Virus record (IMG/VR): IMGVR_UViG_2534681675_000014 | Direction: 5' to 3' (one strand) | Source: a virus | Lineage: Duplodnaviria > Heunggongvirae > Uroviricota > Caudoviricetes | DNA length: 51,064 nt | In this document: positions 36,416 through 49,100 of the stretch, piece after piece | Layout of the letters: every line of letters begins with the position of its first letter | Numbering within the stretch: position 1 is the first letter of the stretch | Notes under the pieces: model-generated | What the model saw: the letters and a program-made list of their open reading frames with translations, nothing else | Told to the model about the DNA's origin: nothing | Database searches by the model: none | Program-made: the position numbers and the translations under genes

Positions 36416-39400
36416 ATGGCAGAGCAAACCTCGCGTCTCGCAATAATTATTGATAGCACTGGAGCGAAAAATAATGCTGACAATCTGACCTCCTCATTAG
36501 TCAAAATGACGCAGGCTGGGGAAACTGCTGCAAATAGCGCAGGGAAAGTGACTAAGGCAACAGAAGATGAGAAGAACGCGCTCGCAAAATTAAAAGCAGC
36601 TATTGATCCAGTTGGTGCCGCAATTGATACTGTCGGTCGACGCTATTCTGAATTAAAGAAATTTTTCGATAAAGGGCTTATTGATAAAGAAGAATATGAA
36701 TTTCTTGTCCGTAAACTTAATGAAACCACAGAGGAATTGAGCGGGGTTGCGCAAGCGCAGAGAGAAGCCGAGAAGGCCGGAAAACTTGCTGCCGCCCAGC
36801 AGGAAGCGCAGGCTCAGGCCTTTCAAAGAATGCTGGACAAGATCGACCCTCTGGCTGCGGCGCTAAGAAATCTTGAACAACAGCATGATGAACTTAATGC
36901 TGCGTTTGCATCCGGGAAAATAAATGGTTCTCAGTTTGAGAATTATAGCCGAAAAATACAGGAAACACGGCGAGAGCTTATCGGAGAGGCTCAGGCAGAG
37001 CGAGAAGCAGCAAAAGCGCATGATGAACAGGTTGTTGCTTTGCAACGTCTGATTGCTCAACTTGATCCTGTCGGAACTGCTTTTAATCGTCTGGTAGAAC
37101 AACAGAAACAGCTCAATGAAGCAAAAGCTAAGGGGATGCTTTCTCCTGAAATGTATGAGGAGCTTTCTGGAAAACTTCGTGCTATGCGGAGTGAGCTTGA
37201 GGTTACTCAATCACAATTAAGCAAAACCGGAATGTCGGCAAAACAAACGGCTTTTGCTATGCGCATGTTGCCTGCACAAATGACGGATATTGTTGTTGGG
37301 TTGTCCACTGGTCAGTCACCATTTATGGTGTTAATGCAGCAGGGCGGCCAGCTAAAAGATATGTTCGGTGGGATTGGCCCGGCGATCAAAGGTGTAGGTT
37401 CTTATGTGCTGGGATTAGTTAATCCTTTTACCCTGGCCGCAGCAGCCGTTGGGGTCTTAGGACTGGCTTACTATAAAGGCTCTCAGGAGCAGGACGAATT
37501 TAATAAATCTCTTATTCTTACCGGAAATCAGTTGGGGACAACCAGCGGGCAATTGGGCGATATAGCTCAACGTGCCGGGAATGCGGCTGATTCGACAACT
37601 GGTGCTGCGGCGGCAGTATTAAATCAGCTTGTGCGTTCGGGAAAGGTAGCGAGCAGTTCGCTGGAGCAAGTGACGACAGCGATAGTAAAAACGAGCGAAG
37701 TAACAGGAATATCAACCGAACAACTGGTTAATGACTTCAATGAAATTGCAAAGGATCCTGTCAGTGCCATATCAAAACTTAATGATCAGTACCATTTTCT
37801 GACACTTGCGACTTATAACCAGATTAAGGCGCTACAGGATGAAGGGAACCAGCAGGAGGCCGCCCGCATTGCGACAGAAGAATACTCATCCTCAATGATC
37901 CAGCGCACCAACCAGATTAAAGAAAATCTTGGTTATCTTGAGACTGCATGGAAAGCTGTCGCAGACTCCGCAAAATGGGCATGGGATTCCATGCTGGATA
38001 TTGGCCGTGAGACCTCCCTTGATCAAAAAATCTCAGATGTTCTCCGTCAAATTGATGAAATAGAAAAAAATACCCGACCCGGAGTTTTCGGGTTAGGTGG
38101 CATTGGAGATGGCGGAGCTCAAAATAAAAGGCTGGCACGATTAAAGCAGCAATTGGGCGTACTTCAAGCAGAAAAAATTGCTCAGGACGTACTAAATTCA
38201 TCAATAAACGATTACAACAAGCGACAACAGGAAGGAATTGAACTCAGACAGAGAGCAGATGCCTTTTCAAAACAATATCAGACCCGGGAGCAGCAGAGAG
38301 CTAGTGAACTTGCAAAACTGGAAAAGCTAAAGAATCAGTATTCAAAGGAAGAATATAATAATCTTATCGCTCAAATAAATGAGCGTTATAAAGATCCAAA
38401 GCAACCAAAGGCGAAAGGTTATTCTGATGATGCAGCCCAACGAATGATTGATCATCTGAATCAACAGAATGCGTTACTAAGTTCACAAGCTGAGTTGACC
38501 GTTAAATTAAGTTCCTCTGAACAGGAACTGGTTAAGTGGCGTCAGCGGATTGCCGACCTAGAGTCACGACCATCAACGAAATTAACCCAGGATCAGAAAT
38601 CGCTTCTCTTACACCGGGAAGAAATAACCGCGTTGATGGAGAAAAATGTTGCGATTGAAAAAAATAACAGGCTAATCAAGGAATCCGCCGAAATAACAGC
38701 ATGGCGTGATTCATTGCAGGCTTCGATTGATAATCGTCAGCAGGGGTATGATATTCAGATTGCTGGTTATGGGGTTGGCGATAAAAATCAGCAACGCCAG
38801 CAGGAATTACTGCGGATTGAACATGGATATAACAATCAGCGTTTGCAACTTGAACGTGACTATGCAGATAAATCCCGTGGAATGTCAGATCATGTTTTTC
38901 AAGAGAAAATGCAGGCTCTGAATGATGCTCTGGAACGGGAAAAAGAAATTGTCAGACAGAAAAACGAGCAGCTCGATATTCAGGCAGGAGACTGGGTTAG
39001 TGGTGCCTCCCAGGGATTCAATAACTGGCTGGATGACACTAAGGATATCAGTGAGCAGATAAAATCAACCACGACTCAGATGTTTGATGGGATGACCGAT
39101 GCGCTGGGTGATTTTGTCACGACAGGCAAGGCAAATTTTCGTTCTTTCGCTACTTCCGTGATTTCGGATCTTAGTCGAATAGCATTAAAGGCTTCAATTA
39201 CTGGGATTTTCGACAGCATTAGTAACAGTTCTTCTGGGGGGATTTTAGGAACTATCGGGAGTGCTATTAGTAAATTTATTCCGAATGCAAAGGGCGGTGT
39301 TTATGAGTCTCCGTCATTGAGCACGTATTCGAACGGTATTTATGATTCCCCGCAATTTTTTGCTTTTGCAAAAGGGGCTGGTGTTTTTGGTGAGGCTGGA

Positions 39401-39649
39401 CCGGAAGCTATTATGCCATTAACACGAACTTCCGATGGTTCTCTTGGTGTCAGAGCTATTAATAGTAAAAGTGGTAATGGAGGCGGAGATATTACCTATG
39501 CCCCTGTATACCAAATCACTATTCAAAATGACGGCCAGAATGGAGAGATTGGCCCTCAGGCAATAAAAGCACTTATGGGGATGGTTGATCAGCGGGTGCA
39601 GGGCAATCTGTTAAATATGCGACGTGATGGGGGAATGTTAAGTGGCTAA
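36416..39649 (+). CDS. Tail tape measure protein
   Basis: 1077 aa, coiled-coil-rich; position after G/GT. Confidence 0.9.
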   Translation: MAEQTSRLAIIIDSTGAKNNADNLTSSLVKMTQAGETAANSAGKVTKATEDEKNALAKLKAAIDPVGAAIDTVGRRYSELKKFFDKGLIDKEEYEFLVRKLNETTEELSGVAQAQREAEKAGKLAAAQQEAQAQAFQRMLDKIDPLAAALRNLEQQHDELNAAFASGKINGSQFENYSRKIQETRRELIGEAQAEREAAKAHDEQVVALQRLIAQLDPVGTAFNRLVEQQKQLNEAKAKGMLSPEMYEELSGKLRAMRSELEVTQSQLSKTGMSAKQTAFAMRMLPAQMTDIVVGLSTGQSPFMVLMQQGGQLKDMFGGIGPAIKGVGSYVLGLVNPFTLAAAAVGVLGLAYYKGSQEQDEFNKSLILTGNQLGTTSGQLGDIAQRAGNAADSTTGAAAAVLNQLVRSGKVASSSLEQVTTAIVKTSEVTGISTEQLVNDFNEIAKDPVSAISKLNDQYHFLTLATYNQIKALQDEGNQQEAARIATEEYSSSMIQRTNQIKENLGYLETAWKAVADSAKWAWDSMLDIGRETSLDQKISDVLRQIDEIEKNTRPGVFGLGGIGDGGAQNKRLARLKQQLGVLQAEKIAQDVLNSSINDYNKRQQEGIELRQRADAFSKQYQTREQQRASELAKLEKLKNQYSKEEYNNLIAQINERYKDPKQPKAKGYSDDAAQRMIDHLNQQNALLSSQAELTVKLSSSEQELVKWRQRIADLESRPSTKLTQDQKSLLLHREEITALMEKNVAIEKNNRLIKESAEITAWRDSLQASIDNRQQGYDIQIAGYGVGDKNQQRQQELLRIEHGYNNQRLQLERDYADKSRGMSDHVFQEKMQALNDALEREKEIVRQKNEQLDIQAGDWVSGASQGFNNWLDDTKDISEQIKSTTTQMFDGMTDALGDFVTTGKANFRSFATSVISDLSRIALKASITGIFDSISNSSSGGILGTIGSAISKFIPNAKGGVYESPSLSTYSNGIYDSPQFFAFAKGAGVFGEAGPEAIMPLTRTSDGSLGVRAINSKSGNGGGDITYAPVYQITIQNDGQNGEIGPQAIKALMGMVDQRVQGNLLNMRRDGGMLSG

Positions 39650-39683
39650 TACGGAAGAATTTCACTGGTTACCAGAGGATGGA

Positions 39684-39980
39684 ATGAAAACAGAAAATAA
39701 ACCATCGATAAAAACTGTAAGATTTGGTGATGGTTATGAGCAACGAAGTCCAAATGGACTTAACCATTCTCTGCGCGTTTTCACCTGTGATTTCAAAGTT
39801 GAGGCGAATGAACGTGATTCATTTGAAAAATTTTTAGCCCGGCATGAAGGCTATAAATCTTTTTTTTGGCGCCCGCCGGGTATTAACAGAAAAATCAGAG
39901 TGGTGTGTCGAACGTGGTCAGCGACAGAACATATCACCTATACCGATTTTTCGTGTCAGTTTGACGAAGTGGTGATCTGA
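39684..39980 (+). CDS. Minor tail protein M (lambda gpM-like)
   Basis: MKTENKPSIKTVRFGDGY... aligns with lambda M as recalled; ORF track start GTG 39642 overlaps the tape-measure end. Confidence 0.8.
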   Translation: MKTENKPSIKTVRFGDGYEQRSPNGLNHSLRVFTCDFKVEANERDSFEKFLARHEGYKSFFWRPPGINRKIRVVCRTWSATEHITYTDFSCQFDEVVI

Positions 39981-40678
39981 TGCAGGACATACGACAGGAA
40001 ACACTGAATGAATGCATCCGTGTGGAGCAGACGGCCAGCGTGGTGCTCTGGGAAATTGATCTGACAGAGGTCGGTGGGGAGCGTTACTTTTTCTGCAATG
40101 AGCAGAATGAAAAAGGTGAACCGGTTACCTGGCAGGGGCGAAAGTATCAGGCGTACCCCATTCAGGGAAGCGGCTTTGAGATGAACGGTAAGGGCAGCAG
40201 CGCACGTCCCACACTTAAGGTATCTAACCTGTATGGCATGGTCACCGGGATGGCCGAAGACCTGCAGAGTCTGGTCGGCGGAACGGTGGTCAGGCGTAAG
40301 GTTTATGCCCGTTTTCTGGATGCGGTGAACTTCATCAACGGAAACAGCGAAGCCGATCCGGAGCAGGAGGTGATCAGCCGCTGGCGCATCGAGCAGTGCA
40401 GCGAACTGAGCGCGGTCAGTGCCTCTTTTGTACTGTCCACACCGACTGAAACGGATGGTGCCGTTTTTCCGGGGCGCATCATGCTGGCTAATACCTGCAC
40501 CTGGACCTATCGCGGTGATGAGTGCGGTTATAACGGTCCGGTTGTTGCGGATGAATATGACCAGCCGACGTCCGATATCACGAAGGATAAATGCAGCAAA
40601 TGCCTGAGCGGTTGTAAGTTTCGCAATAATGTCGGCAACTTTGGCGGCTTCCTTTCCATTAACAAACTTTCGCAGTAA
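39980..40678 (+). CDS. Minor tail protein L (lambda gpL-like)
   Basis: 232 aa; ATGA overlap with M stop; Cys cluster near C-terminus. Confidence 0.85.
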   Translation: MQDIRQETLNECIRVEQTASVVLWEIDLTEVGGERYFFCNEQNEKGEPVTWQGRKYQAYPIQGSGFEMNGKGSSARPTLKVSNLYGMVTGMAEDLQSLVGGTVVRRKVYARFLDAVNFINGNSEADPEQEVISRWRIEQCSELSAVSASFVLSTPTETDGAVFPGRIMLANTCTWTYRGDECGYNGPVVADEYDQPTSDITKDKCSKCLSGCKFRNNVGNFGGFLSINKLSQ

Positions 40679-40683
40679 ATCCC

Positions 40684-41427
40684 ATGACACAGACAGAATC
40701 AGCGATTCTGGCGCACGCCCGGCGATGTGCGCCAGCGGAGTCGTGCGGCTTCGTGGTGAGAGCGCCGGAGGGGGAAAGATATTTTCCCTGCGTGAATATT
40801 TCCGGTGAGCCGGAGGATTATTTCCGGATGGCTCCGGAGGACTGGCTGCAGGCAGAAATGCAGGGTGAGATTGTGGCGCTGGTCCACAGCCACCCCGGTG
40901 GTCTGCCCTGGCTGAGTGAGGCCGACCGGCGGCTGCAGGTGCAGAGTGATTTGCCGTGGTGGCTGGTCTGCCGGGGGACGATTCATAAGTTCCGCTGTGT
41001 GCCGCATCTCACCGGGCGGCGCTTTGAGCACGGGGTGACGGACTGTTACACGCTGTTCCGGGATGCTTATCATCTGGCGGGGATTGAGATGCCGGATTTT
41101 CATCGCGAGGATGACTGGTGGCGTCACGGTCAGAATCTCTATCTGGATAATCTGGAGGCCACAGGGCTGTATCAGGTGCCGTTGTCATCAGCACAACCGG
41201 GCGATGTGCTGCTGTGCTGTTTTGGTTCATCGGTGCCGAATCATGCCGCCATTTACTGTGGTGATGGCGAGCTGCTGCACCATATTCCTGAACAACTGAG
41301 CAAACGAGAGAGGTATACCGACAAATGGCAGCGACGCACACACTCCCTCTGGCGTCACCGGGCATGGCGCGCATCTGCCTTTACGGGGATTTGCAACGAT
41401 TTGGCCGCCGCATCGACCTTCGTGTGA
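40684..41427 (+). CDS. Tail tip assembly protein K (lambda gpK-like)
   Basis: 247 aa; HSHP metal site of the JAB/MPN domain; lambda order. Confidence 0.85.
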   Translation: MTQTESAILAHARRCAPAESCGFVVRAPEGERYFPCVNISGEPEDYFRMAPEDWLQAEMQGEIVALVHSHPGGLPWLSEADRRLQVQSDLPWWLVCRGTIHKFRCVPHLTGRRFEHGVTDCYTLFRDAYHLAGIEMPDFHREDDWWRHGQNLYLDNLEATGLYQVPLSSAQPGDVLLCCFGSSVPNHAAIYCGDGELLHHIPEQLSKRERYTDKWQRRTHSLWRHRAWRASAFTGICNDLAAASTFV

Positions 41428-41972
41428 AAACGGGGGCCGAAGCCATCCGGGCGCTGGCCACACAGCTCCCGGCGTTTCGTCAGAAACTGAATGAGGGCTG
41501 GTATCAGGTGCGCATTGTCGGGCGTGATGCAGGAGAAAATGAATTATCTGCCCGTCTTAATGAGCCGCTGGCAAATGGTGCCGTGATCCACATTGTGCCG
41601 CGTCTGGCGGGAGCTAAAAGTGGCGGTGTTTTTCAGGCAGTGCTGGGTGCGGCGCTGATTGCGGTGGCATGGTGGAACCCTGTGGGCTGGCTGGGTGCCG
41701 CGGCTGTATCGGGCATGTATGCGGCAGGGGCCAGTATGATCCTGGGCGGTGTGGCTCAGATGCTGGCACCGAAAGCCAGAACTCCCCGCACACAGACAAC
41801 GGATAACGGTAAGCAGAACACCTATTTCTCCTCACTGGATAACATGGTTGCCCAGGGCAATGTTCTGCCGGTTCTGTACGGTGAAATGCGCGTGGGGTCA
41901 CGGGTGATTTCTCAGGAGATCAGCACGGCAGATGAAGGAGATGGTGGTCAGGTTGTGGTGATTGGTCGCTGA
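41325..41972 (+). CDS. Tail assembly protein I (lambda gpI-like)
   Basis: 215 aa MAATHTLPLASPGMARICLYGDLQRFGRR...; overlaps the K 3-prime end. Confidence 0.8.
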   Translation: MAATHTLPLASPGMARICLYGDLQRFGRRIDLRVKTGAEAIRALATQLPAFRQKLNEGWYQVRIVGRDAGENELSARLNEPLANGAVIHIVPRLAGAKSGGVFQAVLGAALIAVAWWNPVGWLGAAAVSGMYAAGASMILGGVAQMLAPKARTPRTQTTDNGKQNTYFSSLDNMVAQGNVLPVLYGEMRVGSRVISQEISTADEGDGGQVVVIGR

Positions 41973-42032
41973 TGCAGAATGTTTTGTGTGAAACCGCCTG
42001 CGGGCGGTTTTGTCGTTTATGGAGCGTGAGGA

Positions 42033-45000
42033 ATGGGTAAAGGCAGCAGTAAGGGACATACCCCGCGTGAAGCGAGGGACAACCTGAAGTCCACGCAGTT
42101 GCTGAGTGTGATCGATGCCATCAGTGAAGGGCCGATTGAAGGTCCGGTGGACGGATTAAAAAGTGTGCTGCTGAACAGTACGCCAGTGCTGGACAGTGAG
42201 GAGAATACCAATATCTCCGGTGTCACGGTGGTTTTCCGGGCAGGTGAGCAGGAGCAGACACCGCCGGAGGGATTTGAATCCTCCGGCTCCGAGACGGTGC
42301 TGGGTACGGAAGTGAAGTACGACACGCCGATTACCCGGACCATCACGTCTGCAAACATCGACCGTCTGCGCTTTACCTTCGGTGTGCAGGCACTGGTGGA
42401 AACCACCTCAAAGGGGGACCGGAATCCGTCGGAAGTCCGCCTGCTGGTTCAGATACAGCGTAACGGTGGCTGGGTGACGGAAAAAGACATCACCATTAAG
42501 GGCAAAACCACCTCGCAGTATCTGGCCTCGGTGGTGGTGGATAACCTGCCGCCGCGCCCGTTTAATATCCGGATGCGCAGGATGACGCCGGACAGCGCCA
42601 CAGACCAGCTGCAGAACAAAACGCTCTGGTCGTCATACACAGAAATCATCGATGTGAAACAGTGCTACCCGAACACGGCACTGGTCGGCGTGCAGGTGGA
42701 CTCGGAGCAGTTCGGCAGCCAGCAGGTGAGCCGTAATTATCATCTTCGCGGGCGCATTCTGCAGGTGCCGTCGAACTATAACCCGCAGACGCGGCAATAC
42801 AGCGGTATCTGGGACGGAACGTTTAAGCCAGCATACAGCAACAACATGGCCTGGTGTCTGTGGGATATGCTGACCCATCCGCGCTACGGCATGGGGAAAC
42901 GTCTTGGTGCAGCAGATGTGGATAAATGGACGCTGTATGTCATCGGCCAGTACTGCGACCAGTTGGTACCGAATGGTTTTGGCGGCACGGAGCCGCGCAT
43001 CACCTGTAATGCCTGGCTGACCACACAGCGTAAGGCGTGGGATGTGCTCAGCGATTTCTGCTCGGCGATGCGCTGTATGCCGGTATGGAACGGGCAGACT
43101 CTGACGTTCGTGCAGGACCGACCGTCGGATAAGGTGTGGACCTATAACCGCAGTAATGTGGTGATGCCGGATGATGGCGCGCCGTTCCGCTACAGCTTCA
43201 GCGCCCTGAAGGACCGCCATAATGCCGTTGAGGTGAACTGGATTGACCCGAACAACGGCTGGGAGACGGCGACAGAGCTTGTTGAAGATACGCAGGCCAT
43301 TGCCCGTTACGGTCGTAATGTCACGAAGATGGATGCCTTTGGCTGTACCAGCCGGGGGCAGGCACACCGCGCCGGGCTGTGGCTGATTAAAACGGAACTG
43401 CTGGAGACGCAGACCGTGGATTTCAGCGTGGGTGCTGAAGGGCTTCGCCATGTACCGGGCGATGTCATTGAAATCTGCGATGATGACTATGCCGGTATCA
43501 GCATCGGCGGGCGCGTGCTGGCGGTAAACAGCCAGACCCGGACGCTGACGCTCGACCGTGAAATCACTCTGCCATCCTCCGGTACCACGCTGATAAGCCT
43601 GGTTGACGGAAGTGGCAATCCGGTCAGCGTGGAGGTTCAGTCCGTCACCGACGGCGTGAAGGTGAAAGTGAGCCGTGTTCCTGACGGCGTTGCTGAATAC
43701 AGCGTGTGGGGGCTGAAGCTGCCGACGCTGCGCCAGCGCCTGTTCCGCTGCGTGAGTATCCGTGAGAACGACGACGGCACGTATGCCATCACCGCCGTGC
43801 AGCATGTACCGGAAAAAGAAGCCATCGTGGATAACGGGGCGCACTTTGACGGCGACCAGAGCGGCACGGTGAATGGTGTCACGCCGCCAGCGGTGCAGCA
43901 CCTGACCGCCGAAGTCACCGCAGACAGCGGGGAATATCAGGTGCTGGCGCGCTGGGACACGCCGAAGGTGGTGAAGGGCGTGAGCTTCCTGCTCCGTCTG
44001 ACCGTAACAGCGGATGACGGCAGTGAGCGGCTGGTCAGCACGGCCCGGACGACGGAAACCACATACCGCTTCAGGCAGCTGGCGCTGGGAAATTACAGGC
44101 TGACAGTCCGGGCGGTAAATGCATGGGGACAGCAGGGCGATCCTGCATCGGTATCGTTCCGGATCGCCGCACCGGCAGCGCCGTCGCGGATTGAGCTGAC
44201 GCCGGGCTATTTTCAGATAACCGCCACGCCGCATCTTGCCGTTTATGACCCGACGGTACAGTTTGAGTTCTGGTTCTCGGAAAAGCGGATTACCGATATC
44301 AGGCAGGTTGAAACCACAGCCCGCTATCTTGGTACGGCGCTGTACTGGATAGCCGCCAGTATCAATATCAAACCGGGCCATGATTATTACTTTTATATCC
44401 GCAGTGTGAACACCGTTGGCAAATCGGCATTCGTGGAGGCCGTCGGTCGGGCGAGCGATGATGCGGAAGGTTACCTGGATTTTTTCAAAGGCAAGATAAC
44501 CGAATCCCATCTCGGCAAGGAGCTGCTGGAAAAAGTCGAGCTGACGGAGGATAACGCCAGCAGACTGGAGGAGTTTTCGAAAGAGTGGAAGGACGCCAAC
44601 GATAAGTGGAATGCCATGTGGGCTGTCAAAATTGAGCAGACCAAAGACGGCAAACATTATGTCGCGGGTATTGGCCTCAGCATGGAGGACACGGAGGAAG
44701 GCAAACTGAGTCAGTTTCTGGTTGCCGCTAACCGTATCGCATTTATTGACCCGGCAAACGGGAATGAAACGCCGATGTTTGTGGCGCAGGGCAATCAGAT
44801 ATTCATGAACGACGTGTTCCTGAAGCGCCTGACGGCCCCCACCATTACCAGTGGTGGCAGTCCTCCGGTATTTTCCCTGACATCAGACGGAAAGCTGACC
44901 GCTAAAAATGCGGATATCAGTGGCAGTGTGAATGCGAACTCAGGAACGCTCAACAATGTCACGATTAACCAGAACTGTACGATTAAGGGCATGCTGGAGG

Positions 45001-45446
45001 CGACCCAGGTCAGAGGAGATTTCGTTAAAGCTGTATCAAAAGCCTTCCCGAAAAAAGTCGGTACGTGGGGTAACACGGAAACACCAGACGGTACGGTTAC
45101 AGTCACCATCAGCGATGATCATAACTTTGACCGCCAGATTATTATTCCGCCCATTATTTTTAACGGTATAGCGTATGACGATCCGGGGAGCGGAAATAAC
45201 CCAGGAGGCACGCGATACACGGGTTATGGTTTTGAAGTTCGCAAAAACGGCGTATTAATCGCATCCAGAGAAACTAAAGGGGCCATTCCCGGTAGTTACA
45301 GTGCAGTTATTGATATGCCTAGTGGTGGTGGTAGCGTCACTCTGGAGTTTAAGATTTTCCAGAAAGGCAATCAGGGGGCAGGCAATATCACCGACTGTAC
45401 GGTGATTGTGACCAAAAAAGCTGCTTCCGGCATCAGTATTCGTTGA
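42033..45446 (+). CDS. Tail tip / host specificity protein J
   Basis: 1137 aa; lambda J-like length and position. Confidence 0.9.
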   Translation: MGKGSSKGHTPREARDNLKSTQLLSVIDAISEGPIEGPVDGLKSVLLNSTPVLDSEENTNISGVTVVFRAGEQEQTPPEGFESSGSETVLGTEVKYDTPITRTITSANIDRLRFTFGVQALVETTSKGDRNPSEVRLLVQIQRNGGWVTEKDITIKGKTTSQYLASVVVDNLPPRPFNIRMRRMTPDSATDQLQNKTLWSSYTEIIDVKQCYPNTALVGVQVDSEQFGSQQVSRNYHLRGRILQVPSNYNPQTRQYSGIWDGTFKPAYSNNMAWCLWDMLTHPRYGMGKRLGAADVDKWTLYVIGQYCDQLVPNGFGGTEPRITCNAWLTTQRKAWDVLSDFCSAMRCMPVWNGQTLTFVQDRPSDKVWTYNRSNVVMPDDGAPFRYSFSALKDRHNAVEVNWIDPNNGWETATELVEDTQAIARYGRNVTKMDAFGCTSRGQAHRAGLWLIKTELLETQTVDFSVGAEGLRHVPGDVIEICDDDYAGISIGGRVLAVNSQTRTLTLDREITLPSSGTTLISLVDGSGNPVSVEVQSVTDGVKVKVSRVPDGVAEYSVWGLKLPTLRQRLFRCVSIRENDDGTYAITAVQHVPEKEAIVDNGAHFDGDQSGTVNGVTPPAVQHLTAEVTADSGEYQVLARWDTPKVVKGVSFLLRLTVTADDGSERLVSTARTTETTYRFRQLALGNYRLTVRAVNAWGQQGDPASVSFRIAAPAAPSRIELTPGYFQITATPHLAVYDPTVQFEFWFSEKRITDIRQVETTARYLGTALYWIAASINIKPGHDYYFYIRSVNTVGKSAFVEAVGRASDDAEGYLDFFKGKITESHLGKELLEKVELTEDNASRLEEFSKEWKDANDKWNAMWAVKIEQTKDGKHYVAGIGLSMEDTEEGKLSQFLVAANRIAFIDPANGNETPMFVAQGNQIFMNDVFLKRLTAPTITSGGSPPVFSLTSDGKLTAKNADISGSVNANSGTLNNVTINQNCTIKGMLEATQVRGDFVKAVSKAFPKKVGTWGNTETPDGTVTVTISDDHNFDRQIIIPPIIFNGIAYDDPGSGNNPGGTRYTGYGFEVRKNGVLIASRETKGAIPGSYSAVIDMPSGGGSVTLEFKIFQKGNQGAGNITDCTVIVTKKAASGISIR

Positions 45447-45468
45447 AATATTTATAACCCCAATAAAG

Positions 45469-45492
45469 GGCGTCAGGAATGACGCCTTTTTT
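45469..45492 (+). terminator. Rho-independent terminator after J
   Basis: ggcgtca-ggaa-tgacgcc then T6. Confidence 0.6.
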
Positions 45493-45516
45493 ATTGCAGA
45501 AAAGCGAGAGGTAATT

Positions 45517-46116
45517 ATGCGTAAAGTTTGTGCAGCAATTTTGTCCGCAGCCATTTGTCTGGCCGTATCCGGTGCGCCTGCATGGGCGTCTGAACATCAG
45601 TCCACGCTGAGCGCGGGGTATCTTCATGCCTCGACGAACGTCCCCGGCAGTGATGATCTGAACGGGATTAACGTGAAATACCGTTATGAGTTTACGGATA
45701 CGTTGGGGCTGGTGACGTCATTCAGCTATGCAGGAGACAAGAATCGCCAGCTGACCCGTTACAGCGATACCCGCTGGCATGAAGATTCCGTTCGTAACCG
45801 CTGGTTCAGCGTAATGGCGGGGCCGTCTGTGCGCGTGAATGAATGGTTCAGCGCGTATGCGATGGCGGGTGTGGCTTACAGACGTGTGTCGACTTTCTCC
45901 GGGGATTATCTCCGCGTAACTGACAACAAGGGGAAAACGCACGATGTGCTGACCGGAAGTGATGACGGTCGCCACAGCAACACGTCTCTGGCGTGGGGAG
46001 CTGGCGTGCAGTTTAACCCGACCGAATCCGTGGCCATTGATATTGCTTATGAAGGCTCCGGCAGTGGCGACTGGCGCACTGACGGTTTCATCGTGGGTGT
46101 CGGTTATAAATTCTGA
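45517..46116 (+). CDS. lom: Lom-like outer-membrane beta-barrel protein (Ail/Lom family)
   Basis: 199 aa with signal peptide; C-terminus DIAYEGSGSGDWRTDGFIVGVGYKF matches lambda Lom as recalled. Confidence 0.85.
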   Translation: MRKVCAAILSAAICLAVSGAPAWASEHQSTLSAGYLHASTNVPGSDDLNGINVKYRYEFTDTLGLVTSFSYAGDKNRQLTRYSDTRWHEDSVRNRWFSVMAGPSVRVNEWFSAYAMAGVAYRRVSTFSGDYLRVTDNKGKTHDVLTGSDDGRHSNTSLAWGAGVQFNPTESVAIDIAYEGSGSGDWRTDGFIVGVGYKF

Positions 46117-46141
46117 TTAGCCAGGTAACACAGTGTTATGA

Positions 46142-46170
46142 CAGCCCGCCGGTTCAGGCGGGCTTTTTTG
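46142..46170 (+). terminator. Rho-independent terminator after lom
   Basis: cagcccgcc-ggttca-ggcgggct then T6. Confidence 0.6.
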
Positions 46171-46180
46171 TGGGGTGAAT

Positions 46181-49100
46181 ATGGCAGTAAAGATTTCAGG
46201 TGTACTGAAAGACGGCACAGGAAAACCGGTACAGAACTGCACAATCCAGCTGAAAGCAAAACGTAACAGCACCACGGTGGTGGTGAACACGCTGGCCTCA
46301 GAAAATCCGGATGAAGCCGGGCGTTACAGCATGGACGTTGAGTACGGTCAGTACAGCGTTATTCTGTTGGTGGAAGGATTCCCGCCGTCACATGCCGGGA
46401 CCATCACCGTGTATGAAGATTCCCAACCCGGTACGCTGAATGATTTTCTCGGTGCCATGACGGAGGATGATGCCCGTCCTGAGGCACTGCGCCGTTTTGA
46501 ACTGATGGTGGAAGAGGTGCGCGTAACGCGTCTGCGGTGGCACAGAACACGGCAGCCGCGAAGAAGTCAGCCGGCGATGCCAGCACATCAGCCCGTGAGG
46601 CGGCAACCCATGCGACTGATGCTGCAGGCTCAGCACGCGCAGCCAGCACGTCAGCCGGACAGGCCGCGTCGTCGGCTCAGTCAGCGTCTTCCAGCGCAGG
46701 AACGGCATCAACAAAGGCCACTGAAGCGGAAAAAAGTGCTGCCGCTGCAGAGTCCTCAAAAAGCGCGGCGGCCACCAGTGCCGCTGCGGCGAAAACGTCA
46801 GAAACGAATGCGGCAGCGTCACAACAATCAGCAGCCACTTCTGCATCCACCGCGACCACGAAAGCGTCAGAAGCTGCCACCTCAGCCCGGGATGCGTCGG
46901 CTTCAAAAGAGGCGGCAAAATCATCAGAAACGAGCGCAGCCTCGAGCGCCAGCAGCGCAGCTTCCTCGGCAACGGCGACAGCAAATTCTGCGAAGGCGGC
47001 AAAAACGTCCGAGACGAACGCTAAGTCTTCTGAAACGGCAGCGGGACAGAGTGCCTCAGCTGCGGCAGGCTCAAAAACAGCGGCTGCGTCGTCTGCCAGT
47101 GCAGCGTCAACAAGTGCCGGGCAGGCCTCAGCCAGTGCTAGCGCCGCCGGTAAATCGGCAGAAAGCGCCGCATCGTCCGCTTCAACAGCCACAACGAAGG
47201 CTGGCGAAGCCACTGAACAGGCCAGTGCAGCAGCGAGGTCTGCTTCCGCAGCGAAGACATCCGAGACGAACGCGAAAGCGTCGGAAACCAGCGCAGAATC
47301 CTCAAAAACGGCTGCCGCATCGTCCGCCAGTTCGGCGGCGTCATCGGCATCATCGGCGTCTGCTTCAAAAGATGAGGCGACCAGACAAGCGTCCGCAGCG
47401 AAGGGCAGCGCCACGACAGCATCCACGAAGGCGACAGAGGCAGCTGGCAGTGCGACGGCGGCAGCACAGAGCAAAAGTACGGCGGAATCTGCAGCAACGC
47501 GCGCTGAGACAGCGGCAAAACGGGCAGAGGATATTGCATCCGCCGTGGCGCTTGAGGATGCGAGCACGACGAAAAAGGGGATAGTACAGCTCAGTAGTGC
47601 GACTAACAGCACTTCCGAGTCACTGGCGGCAACACCAAAAGCCGTTAAGGCCGCGTATGACCTGGCTAACGGGAAATACACCGCACAGGATGCAACGACA
47701 GCACAGAAAGGGATAATCCAGCTAAGCAGCGCGACCAACAGCACGTCTGAAACGCTTGCCGCGACACCAAAGGCAGTAAAAACAGCCTATGACAATGCTG
47801 AGAAACGTCTGCAGAAAGATCAGAACGGTGCGGATATCCCTGGCAAAGACACCTTTACGAAAAATATTGGTGCCTGCCGTGCCTTTGGTGGGTCAGTAAG
47901 CACAATAACAGGAAACTGGACGACTGCACAGTTTATCGAGTGGCTGGATTCTCAGGGAGCATTTAACCATCCCTACTGGATGTGCAAGGGTTCCTGGTCT
48001 TATGGCAATAATAAAATCATTACTGATACTGACTGCGGTAATATTCATCTCGCCGGAGCTGTCATTGAAGTAATGGGGATAAAGTCAGCGATGACGATCC
48101 GCATTACCACACCGACCACCTCCACTGGTGGTGGAACAACTAACGCCCAGTTTACCTATATTAATCACGGAACAGATTATTCACCTGGCTGGCGAAGGGA
48201 CTATAACTCCAGAAATAAGCCAACGGCATCAGAGATCGGGGCGTTACCGTCAGGTGGAACAGCAGTATCATCAGTTAATCTGTCTTCAAAAGGTCGGGTA
48301 ACCGCGCTGACAGACAATACACAGGGGGCAACAGGTCTTGAGTTATACGAGGTGTATAACAACGGATATCCAACAGCGTATGGAAATATCATTCACCTGA
48401 AAGGGATGACAGCCGTTGGCGAAGGTGAGTTACTCATCGGCTGGAGTGGTACAAGCGGTGCTCATGCTCCGGCATTTATTCGTTCACGACGGGATACGAC
48501 CGACGCAAACTGGTCGCCGTGGGCGCAGCTTTACACCTCGGCTCATCCTCCTGCAGAGTTTTATCCAGTCGGTGCACCAATCCCGTGGCCATCAGATACC
48601 GTTCCGTCTGGCTATGCCCTGATGCAGGGGCAGACTTTTGACAAATCTGCATACCCGAAACTTGCAGCGGCTTATCCGTCAGGCGTGATCCCTGATATGC
48701 GTGGCTGGACGATTAAGGGCAAACCTGCCAGTGGTCGGGCCGTATTGTCTCAGGAACAGGACGGCATTAAATCGCATACCCACAGCGCCAGCGCATCCAG
48801 TACGGATTTGGGGACGAAAACCACATCGTCGTTTGATTACGGCACTAAATCCACGAATAACACTGGTGCGCATACCCATAGTTTAAGTGGTAGCACGAAT
48901 GCAGCTGGTAATCACAGCCATAGAGATGGCCGTCGATTTAACCCCAGTGTTTTTAAAGATACTTATCAATATGGTTATACAAGCTCAGGTCAAAATACCT
49001 GGGGTGTACAAGGCTCAGTAGGTATGTCTACGGGGTGGTTAGCTAATACCAGTACAGATGGTAATCATAGCCACTCACTGTCCGGCACAGCAGCATCTGC

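Noticed and set aside
42633-44657. 674-aa minus-strand ORF, with smaller ones at 41009..41374, 41614..41901 and 43637..43918, antisense to tail tip genes
   Set aside because: Fully nested antisense to K/I/J in GC-rich DNA where stops are rare; no start signals and Arg/Pro-rich junk composition. The plus-strand lambda-like tail genes explain the region.
47138-47744. Minus-strand ORFs encoding Ala-rich proteins within the stf repeats
   Set aside because: Reverse-complement artefacts of the GC-rich Ala/Ser codon repeats of the fibre shaft.
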